Of a stretch of 64,000 nt of DNA, positions 1 to 10,925 are shown piece after piece. The position numbers and the translations under genes were made by a program. Each line of letters starts with the position of its first letter. Position 1 is the stretch's first letter. The notes under the pieces are model-generated. The model made no database searches and was not told the origin of the DNA. It was given only the letters and a program-made list of their open reading frames with translations. The DNA comes from the human T2T-CHM13v2.0 reference genome, Homo sapiens: assembly GCA_009914755.4 (NCBI GenBank), contig CP068257.2, forward strand, positions 8,672,001 to 8,736,000, given 5' to 3'.

Positions 1-716
1 CTTGTGAACATGGTGTGGTGTGTGCAGTGTGTGTGAGGTGTGTGTGCAGTGTGTGTGGTGTCTTGGTTGTGTGTACAGTGTGGTGTCTGTGGGGTGTGTG
101 TGCACGTGCATGGTGTGTGGTGTGTGTGCGTGTGTACATGGTGTGTATGCATTGTGTGTGGCTTCTGCATGTGAGGTGTTGTGCATGTGCACATGACGTG
201 GTGTGTGCAGTGTGTGGTGTGTATGTGGGTGTGTGTGTGTGCACATGGCATGTGTGTAGTGTGGTGTCTGGTGTGTGGTGTGTGTGGGGTGCATGTGTGC
301 ACATGGTGTTTGTGTGCAGTGTGTGTGGTGCCTGGGGTGCATGCGTTCACATGGCATGGTGTGTGCAGTGTGTGTGGTGTCTGTGGGGTGTGTGCATGTG
401 CACATGGTGTGTGTGCAGTGTGTGGGGTCTGTATGGGGTGTATGCATGTGCAAATGGTGTGTGTGCAGTGGATGTGGTGTGTGTGGGGTGTGTGCAGTGT
501 GTGTTGTGGGGTGTGTGTGCGTGTGCACATGGTGTGTGTGCTGTTTGGTATCTGTGGGGGGTGTGTGTGCACATGGTGTGTGTGCAGTGTATGGTGTCTG
601 TGTGTGGGGTGTGTGTGCATGTGCACATGGTGTGTGCTGTTTGTGTGGTGTCTGTGTGTGAGGTGTGTGTGCGGGTGCACATGGTGTCGTGTGTGCAGTG
701 TGTGTGTTATGAGTGA
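1..716. repeat. GT-rich minisatellite, ~58-60-bp unit (gtgcacatggtgtgtgtgcagtgtgtggtgtctgtggggtgtgtg...), at least 11 copies, continues past window start
   Basis: Directly visible periodic recurrence of 'gtgcacatggtgtgtg(t)gcagtgtgtggtgtctgtg(g)ggtgtgtg' blocks. All long ORFs here (Cys/Val-rich) are repeat artefacts. Confidence 0.85.
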
Positions 717-2029
717 CTGTTTCTCTTAGCATGTGGACATCAGTCTTCCAGACCAGCTTTCTCCATGTGTCTGGGAACATAAGAAACAAGTTTCTGCAAT
801 AATTATTACACAACTTTTCCAGAGAGGGACCAAATTTCTGTCGTAAGTGGTTATCTGCGTCATTTCTCAGGAGGGAATGTGATGTCCTGGCTTGGCTCAC
901 ACCCTCTGTGGGTTTAGGCAGGGTTCCTGCTGGATCCCTCACTGTGGCCAGAGAGGGAGGGCTCTGTTTCACCACAGGGCACCAGAAGAGGACTGGTGTG
1001 CGAAAAGACCAGGTAATCATAATGCTATTAATAATAGCAGTAATCATACTGTTTTATATATTATATATGTCATAAGGATTTTAACTTTCATGTAACATAA
1101 TTGCTATAAAAATTTCCCGTTTGTTTTGTGCTATTTACCTGGTGTTGAAATGTGTAACAATTTACATTTTAGGTACGTTAGGTTTATTCCTTTTTATATG
1201 GTTTCTGTTTGAAATTTTGATTTTAGAAGACATTCATTCTCAAGGTCATAAAACACACACACATCTGATTTTCTTTTCTTTTCTCTCTCTTTTTTTTTAC
1301 GTTTAATACTGGAATTAACTTTTATGGAAAGTGTGGGACAATGATTCAATTCTATCATTTTATATTCTCAAATCATTACCCAATATTTTAATACCATAAA
1401 TAGAACAATCGCTCTGTTTTGTGGGTTTAAAATGTTACCCTGTTACTAGATAAAATTACACTCAATTTATGTGTTTTTAATTCTCTTTCATTAATGTGTT
1501 TATTTTTGTGCCATTTCAAATTTGTTTAATTTTGAATAGTGATAATAATCTTAAACATCTTTTAGTAAATTTTATAATATTGGCTCTCATTGTGTGTGTG
1601 TTCAATATATGGATTTAAAATCACATGTTCTTGTTCGAAAATATTTTTATTGGAATTTTTAGTGGAATTTGAGCATATTTTTAAATGATTTACAGCAAAC
1701 TAAAAAGCTAATATTTTTGAGTCCTCTCATCCAGGATGTGACATGCAAATTCCTCAAACCTCCTTTAATGCCATTTATTCAGAATTAATATGTTAAATCA
1801 ATATAAATTAGTATAAATGAGTATAACTAATGATTAAAATAAATTAATGTGTTTGGCTCCACTTTTCTGTCTTCTGCCTCCTATCACTGATGTTTTATTC
1901 CTATCCTTGTTGTTTTCTATAGTTTCTTTTATTATGTCTTTTTCAGTCTTGTGATTTGAAAACTATATGACACATTGTAATGTTTTAATTTTTCTAATTT
2001 TTTGTTTTTAATTTTAACTAATTTTATTT

Positions 2030-2879
<850 letters not shown>

Positions 2880-2893
2880 TAAGAACTGCAGAC

Positions 2894-3198
2894 AAGCTGG
2901 GTGCAGTGGCTGAAGCCTGTAATGGCTGCACTTTTGGAGGCTGAAGTGCCTGGATTGCTTGAGCCCTGGAGTTCAAGACCAGCTGGGCAACATAGTGAGA
3001 TCCCGTCTCTACAAAAAAAAAGTATTAAAAAAAATAGCCAGGCATAGTGCTGCATGCCTGTAGTCCCAGCTACTCAGGAGGCTGTGGCAGAAAAATCACT
3101 TGACCCAGCAGTTTGAAGCTGCAGTGAGCTGTGATCATGCCACTGCACTCTGGCCTGGGCAACAGAGCGAAACCCCATCTCAAAACAAAGAACAACAA
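2894..3198 (+). mobile_element. Alu SINE (sense) with A-rich tail
   Basis: 'gctgggtgcagtggctgaagcctgtaat...gcactctggcctgggcaacagagcgaaaccccatctcaaaacaaag'. Tail abuts the Tigger1 terminus. Confidence 0.9.
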
Positions 3199-3420
3199 AA
3201 ACCTACAAGCATACTCAGAGATATTGTGGGTTTGGTTCCATACAACTGCAACAAGGCAAATGTTACAACCAAAAACCTACAAGCACACCTCAGAGATAGT
3301 GTGGGTTTGGTTCCAGATCACTGCAATAAGGCAAATGTTACAACCAAAAACCTACAAGCACACCTCAGAGACAGTGTGGGTTTGGTTCCAGACCACTGCA
3401 ATAAGGCAATTGTTACAATC
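3199..3420. repeat. Tandem triplication of the ~72-bp Tigger1 terminal segment
   Basis: Three consecutive copies of 'aaaacctacaagcacacctcagagatagtgtgggtttggttccagaNcactgcaataaggcaaatgttacaacc', seen directly (also reflected in two repetitive + ORFs 3100-3435). Confidence 0.75.
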
Positions 3421-3659
3421 AAATTAGTTGCATAAACATTTTCTTTCCCAGTGCTTATTAAAGTTATGCTTAAACTATATTGTAGTCTAATGAGTATTTA
3501 ATTATTAATTAGTAATTAATAGCATGTCTAAAATCTGTGTGCATACCTTAAGTTAAAATACGTCAGTGTTAAAAAATGCTAATGAATATCTGAGCCTTAC
3601 CAAGTCATAATCTTTTTGCAGGTGAGGGTCTTGCCTCTATACTGATGACTGCTGGCTAA

Positions 3660-3956
3660 TCAGTGTGGGGGCTGCTGAAAGTTGAATGCCTGTGTCAACT
3701 TCTTCAAACAATGAAGTTTGTTCCTTTCACAAAAGATTTCCCTGTAGCATGTGATGCTGTTTGACAGCATTTTATCAACAGTAGAACTTCTTTCAAAATT
3801 GGAGTAAACCCTCTCAAACCCTGCTGCTGCTTTATCAACAAGGTTTGTGGAATATTCTAAATCCTTTGTAGTCATTTCAACAATGTTCATAACATCTCCA
3901 CCTGGATTATATTCTGTCTCAAGAAAATATTTTCTTTGCTCGTCCATAAGAAGCAA
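3660..3956 (-). pseudogene. Tigger1 pogo-type transposase C-terminal remnant (98-aa ORF)
   Basis: Translation '[79 protein letters not shown]' closely matches the Tigger1 transposase C-terminus (…[79 protein letters not shown]). Confidence 0.85.
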
Positions 3957-4500
3957 CTCCCTATTTGTTCAAGTTTCATCATGAGTTTACAGCAATTTCA
4001 TCTCACCTTAAGGCCCTAATTCTAATTCTAGTTGTCTTGCGATTTCTACCACGTCTGCAGGGACTTCCTCCACTGACATCCTGAGCCCTCAAAGTCATCC
4101 AAGAGGGCTGGAATCAATTTCTTCCAAACTCCTGTTAATGTTAATATTTCAACCTCCTCCCATCAATCACAAATGTCCTTAATGGCCTTTAAGGATTGCT
4201 AGTAAGGACATTTGTGATTCACAGGAGGAGGTTCAAATATCATGAAAGGATTAATGGTGAATCCTTTCCAAAAGGTTTTCAATTCAGTTTATCCAGATTC
4301 ATCAAAGAAATCACTATCTATGACAGCAATACCTTTACAAAATACATTTATTAATTAATAAAAACACTTGAAAGTCAAAACCACTCCTTGATCCACAGGC
4401 TGAAGGTAAATATTGTATTAGCAGCCATGAAAATAACATTAATTTTCAAGTACATCTCCATCTAAGCTTCTGGGTAGCTAGGTGAATTGTCAATAAGCAG

Positions 4501-4889
<389 letters not shown>

Positions 4890-5275
4890 TGAGCAGTAGG
4901 TCTCAATAGTGGGATTAAAATATTCAGTAAACCATGCTCTTAACAGATGCACTGTCACCCAGACAGTGATGTTCCATTTCTAGAGCACAGAAAGAATAGA
5001 TTTTGCATAATTCTTAAGGGTCCTGAGGTTTTCAGAGTGGTTAATGAGCACTGGCTGTAACTTAAAGTCACCAGCTGCAGTGGTCCTCAAAGAGAGTCAG
5101 CCCATCCTTTGAAGTTTTGAAGCCAAGCGTTGACTTCTCTCTAGCTATGAAAATTCTACATCTTCACTAAGCTTAATCATTTCTATCTCTGGACTTAAAG
5201 TGAGAGACTTGCAAGTCTTCCTTTCTTTTGCGTTCTTTGAGGCCACTGTGGTTACTAATTAGCACCCCCGGTGGG

Positions 5276-6470
5276 TGTCACCCTCCTCCCTCCTGTATTG
5301 AGTTCGCCCGGGAATTGCGCTTCCCACACCCCAAATGCCCTGCACGCCTGGGGCTCTCCCACAGGGGGCTTTCGTGGGCCAGGGAGCAAGGGCCATCCCC
5401 CTGCTCCAGCCCAGCCAGGCTGCGCAGGCAGAAGGACTCTCCCAACCTGCCCGGGCATGTGGGGCTTTGTGTTCGCTGCCCTGGCTTCTCCGGAACTGGG
5501 GCTCTCCCATCTTCAGACTCCCTGCTGGCCTCTGCACCCCAACAAATGACAGGAAGACCAGAACCCGCAACGCGACGGCCTGCTGGGCGCATGCTCAGTG
5601 GGACAGCTTTGGCCCCCTCAATCTGAGTCACAGGGGCAAGGTGTGCTTGCGCCACCCACATCCCACCGGAGTCCGTGATGGGGCTGGAGCCCCAGGGCGG
5701 CGTGGGAACCTGAAGATGGGGCACCTCCACCTCAGGAGCTCGCGACCCCGGAGACCTCAGCGTCAAGCACAGATGCCAGCCAACCGGGCACCTCCCAACC
5801 GCTCCAGGAGCCCGGGCGCTTGTCTGCACTCACCTCCAGCCTGTTAGATGAGCTCCTGTCAACCCCAGTTTCAGCAAAAGGCACAACCTTTCCTAGATCC
5901 GGCACCATTGGGGGAGCTGAAGGACGTGGAAGAGCACGCTTTGCTGGAACCACTCCTCAGCCAGGAAGAACACAGGGCTCTTCTGGAGGAGCAGGTTGGG
6001 GCGGGATGGGGGCAGGGTGGCGGCCTCTCTTTCGCGGCGAACCTCAGGCTTGGTATGGAGAGGCCTGTCTTCCCTTCCAGCTGACCTGCCTAGGATCCCT
6101 GTGTTCCAGGTCCACCGAGAGACTCCACACAGAGGAGGGCTGTCAAGAATGGCAAGAAAAATTCCTGAGCATCCTGGGGATCCCAGGGCCGGTACAGGTA
6201 CCGGGAGGTGGGCTGTCTACTGCGCATGCACGGGTTTCCAGGCAGCAGCCTGGGTTTTCTAACTAGCGGAGGCGGAGCTCTCATCCCTTTTGCCCCCGCG
6301 TTCTTCAGTCGGGTTGGCGGAGACCTAAGTCCGTGAAACACTGGGCCGGGGCAGAAGCCAGGCCACTTCTTTCTGCGGCTCGACTCCTCTGCCTCTTCGC
6401 TCTCCATCACTTGCCAACCCGTGTCCCGCCAGCCTCCTTGCCAGCACCATGGAGGGCCTTGCAACTAAAT
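5276..6470. promoter_or_regulatory. CpG island A (candidate promoter) with NRF1-like GCGCATGC motifs at 5586-5597 and 6221-6232
   Basis: Abrupt shift to high GC with dense CpG, starting exactly where Tigger1 homology stops. Motifs 'gggcgcatgctc' and 'tgcgcatgcacg'. No TATA. Many overlapping spurious ORFs on both strands, typical of CpG islands. Confidence 0.55.
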
Positions 6471-6499
6471 GTAGACCCGAGACCCCGTGCAAACAGGGG

Positions 6500-6770
6500 T
6501 GCTGCCCTTTCCAGGCGAGAGGGAAGGCAGGCAGAGATGAGGACAGGAACGAAGACAGAGTGAGATGGAAGGATGGAGCTAGGAAAGGATGGGTGGAAGG
6601 AGGGACCCCGGAAGGGAGAGAAAGAAGGAGGGAGAAATGGAGGGAAAAAACGGGGGAGGGAGGGAAGAACAGAGGGAAGGATGGACCTAGGGACAAAAGG
6701 AGCAAGAAACAGAGAACGGAAGGCAGAGAGAAAAATGGTCTTCTGCCTCCAGAACCAACAGGACCCAGCA
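6500..6770. repeat. Polypurine (GGA/GAA/GGGA-rich) tract, ~270 bp, nearly pure R on + strand
   Basis: 'ggaaggcaggcagagatgaggacaggaacgaagacagagtgagatggaaggatggagctaggaaaggatgggtggaaggagggacc...gggaaggatggacc...'. Gives rise to the Lys/Arg/Glu/Gly-rich spurious ORFs 6449-6812. Confidence 0.8.
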
Positions 6771-7499
6771 CTCCGGGAAAATGTTGGGTGCCCAGAGCGG
6801 GCTAAGTGCTGAGCCCACAGCCCCATTGGCCGGCGGGGCACTCCGCGGCCCTCTGGATCGCCAGCCTGGGTTACTTCATCCCGGAGCAATTCAGACCAAT
6901 TCCGTTTCCAAAGGAATGAGCGAATTTCCCAGAAAGAAATGAGCCGAGACTCAGGTGGCTGTCTGTTTTTCATCCACATGGTTCACAGATGACATATCTC
7001 CACGTTGAGCCCTGCAACAGAGCGCGAGGCGGATAGTAGCATCCACACAGGAGTCACACTCAGGCCAACTGAAGCGTGATTCTGGATTCCACTTTTCTTT
7101 GCCCTCTGCAAAGGTGCCTGTTGCTCAAGTTTCTGCCCCCCGAAAGCGTGCCCATGTTGAGTGTTTGTTTCCCAAGCTCTGTGGGGCCGCAGAAAGTTCC
7201 AGGAATGCGTGGAAGACCAGCATCATGTCGGTGCTCTCCTTTCCAGTTTTCAAACAGGCTATATTGGAGACTCCCCATTTTGCAGGAAACAGGAATCCAT
7301 CGTCAGGCCGTGATGCACGGGATGTTTCTTTTCTCTGTGGTTTCGCTCTCGTTGTCTACGTGAAAATGAACGAGATCCACACACCTGCGGGTGTGAGACT
7401 ATCACGGCAACTGTCACACCCACTCGCTGGCAATAGAGTTGGCAGCCTGATCCCGGGACAAAGGTACTGATGGACATCCAGACACACCCCACCACAATC

Positions 7500-8470
7500 A
7501 CTGGCAAACTCACTCCCAAACACAGACACACACGGGCATATGCGCGGGATCACAAGCACACACAGAGACACAACAAGACCCAGACAGCTTGAAGGAGAGC
7601 AAGGGACAGAGGGATGGCAAGATAAAAACGGAAGGAGAGAGAGAAACAGCCATCCAGAGACAGACAGAGAGGAACAGGGGAGATTGAGAGAGAGAGAGAG
7701 AGTGAGAGCAAGGTGGAGAGGGAAGTAGAGAAAGGGAAAGGGTGAGGGAGCTAGAGAGGGAGAGCAACAGAGCCTATCTGGTAGACAGGGGCCCCTTTGG
7801 CCAGGGTAAGGTGGAGGGTGCTTGGGCCGGGCTGGAACAGAGGGACAGAGCCGCCCACGCGGGACAATCAACGGAGCCCTGAGACGTGATTTTACTTAGA
7901 TTGGTTGGTTGTTTTGGGGGTGCTTTTCGTAGCGTCATTCCTTTGTTGGCTTCTCCCTGTCCTCTTGGTCTGTGGGCCCTGAAAGTTGTAGAGTGCGCCC
8001 CTCACTGTGGCAGGAGCAGTGGCGCTGAGCGTACCCACGGGTCGCGGCTTGGGTCTCTCTCGTTTTCCAGGTGGTGTGGCCGTAGACAATGGCAGTGGCG
8101 CCTGGCTGGCTCAAGAGCCCGGTCCAGCTACGCCCGCCTGATTCCAGGCGTCACCACCAACCGCGGGCCGCGAGGCTGGGATCAGGCACCCCGGAGCCGC
8201 TTGCCCGTGGCCGGGCTGCTCTCCCCCTCTAGGCCCAAACACCACCAGTCGCCGCGCTGCGCTTTCCGCCAACCTCCCAGAGCGTCCCGCTGTCGCCGGC
8301 GGCCAGACCACGCGCGAGACCGCCGAGGCGCCAGAGGCCTCCATCCCCTGCCAGGGCTCTGGACTCTCCAGGCAGCCACTCTCTCGCTGACACTCCAGGC
8401 CTTACCCCCGCTCTCGAGCCCCAGAGCTTCCAACACCTGGGGCCCGCTCAGAACGGGGTGTGCTCTGAGG
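7500..8470 (+). repeat. Local segmental duplication unit, copy 1: CA-rich (7500-7590), GA-rich (7590-7790), then CpG-rich core (7790-8470)
   Basis: Shares long collinear stretches with 8780-10925 (~80% identity by eye). Examples: 'agcttgaagg', 'gtggagagggaagtagagaaagggaaagggtgagggag', 'cggagccctgagacgtg', 'ggtggtgtggcc', 'caagagccNggNccagcNacgcccgc', 'tccaggcgtcacc', 'gtcccgcNgtcNccggcggccag'. Confidence 0.7.
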
Positions 8471-8779
8471 CATCAGGGCCCAGGGCCCAGGGTCCTAGGG
8501 TCCCCTCCAGTCCTCCGCCTGGCTGCGGAAAAATTATTTTGGATCCCTCGCCGCCCCTCCTGCGAGGCCCCCTCTTGCCCCGCACACCCAGAGCCGCCAG
8601 GGCTGCCCAGGGGCGAACAGCCGGCCCAGCCCCACGGGCCCTTTTTCTCACAACGCTCACACCATCTTCGCTTGTTCCGACGAGGACCCGCCGTGGCCAA
8701 CGGGGCAGGAAGGCTCTGCTTTGCCCAGCGCCGGCACTAGAGCCCTGGCAGCCTCATCCCAGGAAAGAGGGGCTGACGG

Positions 8780-10925
8780 ACACCCAGATACACCCCAGCA
8801 ACACCACGAGCAAACCCACCCTGACACACACACGGACACACACGGGTGCACGTGCGCAGACACACACACACACGGACACACACACACCGCACCCGGGCAC
8901 ACACACACGGACACACAAAGACACAGACACAGATAGCTTGAAGGGAGACCACACCTCATATTGTCTTATGCCCAATTAATGCCTCCAAAGAAAGAAGAAG
9001 TAAAATCTAAAAGGCAGAAATGAAATCCACAGGCAGACAGCCCTGCGCCACACCCTGGGCCTGGTAGTTAAAGATCGACCCCTGACCTACTCGGTTATGT
9101 TATCTATAGATTACAGACATTGTATAGAAAAGCACTGTGAAAATCCCTGTTCTGTTTTGCTCCGATCTAATTACCGGTGCATGCAGCCCCCAGTCACGTA
9201 CCCTCTGCTTCCTCAATCCATCAGGACCCTCTCACGCAGACCCCTTTAGACTTGTAAGCTCTTAAGAGGGACAGGAATTGCTCACTCTGAGAGCTAGGTT
9301 TTTGGAGACACGAGTCTGCCGATGCTCCCAGCTGAATAAAGTCCTTCCTTCTACAACTCGGTGTCAGGGTTTTTTCTGCAGCTCCTCCTGCTACAGAAGG
9401 AGAGAAAGGGAGAGAGTGATGGAGAAATAGAACCAGAGGGAGAGAGAGAGACAGTGATAGAGAGAGAGACAGAGAAGGGGGGAGGAGAGACAGAGAGGGG
9501 AGAAGAGAGAGCGCCACAGTAGAGCGCGAGGTGGAGGGGGAAGTAGAGAAAGGGAGAGGGTGAGGGAGTGGTAGAGTGACAGCAACAGAGCCTTAGAGAG
9601 GGAGGCTCTGCTCAGGTAGACAGGGCACCTTTCAGCAGGCCGGAGTGGGGTGGAGGGTGCTTGAGCCGGGCTAGAACAGGGTGTCAGGGCCCCACACCCG
9701 GGAAAACCAACGGAGCCCTGAGACGTGTTTTTTTTTTTTTTCTTGAATTGGTTGGTTGCTTTGCGGGTGCGTTTCATATGGTCCTTCCTTTGTTTGCTTC
9801 TTTCTGTCTCCTTGGTGCGGTGGGCCCCGAGATTTGTTGAGTGTGCCCGTTTGTCTGGAGAGAGCCGTGGTGCCAAGCGTGTCTACGGGGCAAGGCCTGT
9901 GTCTCTCTCCTGTCCTCAGGACTGGAGTTCACACGAAGTCGGTGGCATTGGAAAACCGGGTGCACAGGGACGGATTTCCTCGTGGCTGGCGAAGACTGTG
10001 TCCTTCCCCTGGGGAAAGCAGACCACGGGTTCTGGAGCGGAGGTCTTGGCTGCGGTCTGTGGGACCCGCTGCCCCTACCCGCCCCTTCACCCGGCTTGGA
10101 CGGTTGCGGCGTCGCTGGATGAATGAATAGAATTGTCTGGGAGTCCGGGGAGCGTGAAGACACCTGGGAACTCGGGGAACCCGCGCCTGCGCCCTCGGGG
10201 TCGTCCAGTCCCGCCCGGGTTGGAGCCGGGCTCCTGGTGGGGCTGCCGCGAGTCCGAAAAGGTGGGATGCTGCTGCCTGGCGGTGCTGCAGTGGCGGATC
10301 TTCAGGAGGAGGTCCTGGGCTTCGGCTGGGGCGCGGGGGCTGTCAAGGGGGAGCAGAGGAGGGGGGCGGTTGGGAAGCACAGAGACAAAAGGGGAAAGAG
10401 GGAGGGAGCAGGAAGCCAAAACCTTATGGTATCCGATATTACCAGGCAGAATCCCATCCAAGTACTAACCAGGACCGACCCTGCTTAGCTTCAACAGATC
10501 AGAGGCGAGCGGGCGCGTTCAGGGTGGTGTGGCCTAGACGCCAGGCAGCGGCGTCTGGCTGTCCCAAGAGCCTGGCCCAGCCACGCCCGCACGACTCCAG
10601 GCGTCACCGCCACCCCGGGGCCGCGGGTCTCGGATCCGGGACCCCCAGAGCCGCTCGCCCGTGCCCCCGGGCAGCTGTCTCCCTCTACACCCGAGCACCG
10701 TCGGCTTCCCAGAGAGTCCCGCCGTCACCGGCGGCCAGGCCTGGCTCAGGACCAATGTGGCACCGCCCTGATGTTGCTGGGGGGCGCCGGAGGCCTCTGT
10801 CCCCTGCCCAGGCTTCCCGCTCTCGGGGCGGCCTCCCTTCCGCCCACGCTCCAGTCCTTCCGCGAGCTCCCGAGCTCCGAAGCTTCCACCACAGCTGCCG
10901 GCTCAGGACGGGTCGTGCTTATCCC
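8780..10925 (+). repeat. Local segmental duplication unit, copy 2 (CA-rich 8780-8935; LTR-like insert 8940-9390; GA-rich 9390-9600; CpG-rich core 9600-10925 with extra ~600 bp at 9915-10515 absent from copy 1)
   Basis: Same collinear motifs as copy 1 (see above). Copy 2 ends exactly where L1 homology begins (10925). Confidence 0.7.
8940..9390 (+). mobile_element. LTR-like fragment (possible solo LTR piece) inserted between the CA-rich and GA-rich parts of copy 2; contains AATAAA at ~9336
   Basis: Unique-looking, non-GC segment absent from copy 1. 'gctgaataaagtccttccttctacaactcggtgtcagg' resembles the R/poly(A)-signal region of ERV LTRs. Family not identified. Confidence 0.3.

Noticed and set aside
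15-729. Several long overlapping ORFs (up to 233 aa) rich in Cys/Val/Trp/His
   Set aside because: They are translations of the GT-rich minisatellite in every frame on both strands. Periodic and low-complexity, with no start context.
7886-8740. 284-aa + ORF, and many other 60-190-aa ORFs on both strands between 5.2 and 10.9 kb
   Set aside because: Arg/Pro/Gly/Ala-rich products with no domain resemblance. Overlapping ORFs in all frames are expected in CpG-rich DNA because stop codons are AT-rich.
5276-10925. GC-rich block as rDNA (45S/5S) or snRNA gene copies
   Set aside because: No recognisable 18S/28S/5.8S/5S or U-snRNA core sequences. The repeat structure is CA/GA-rich low complexity plus CpG core rather than rRNA.
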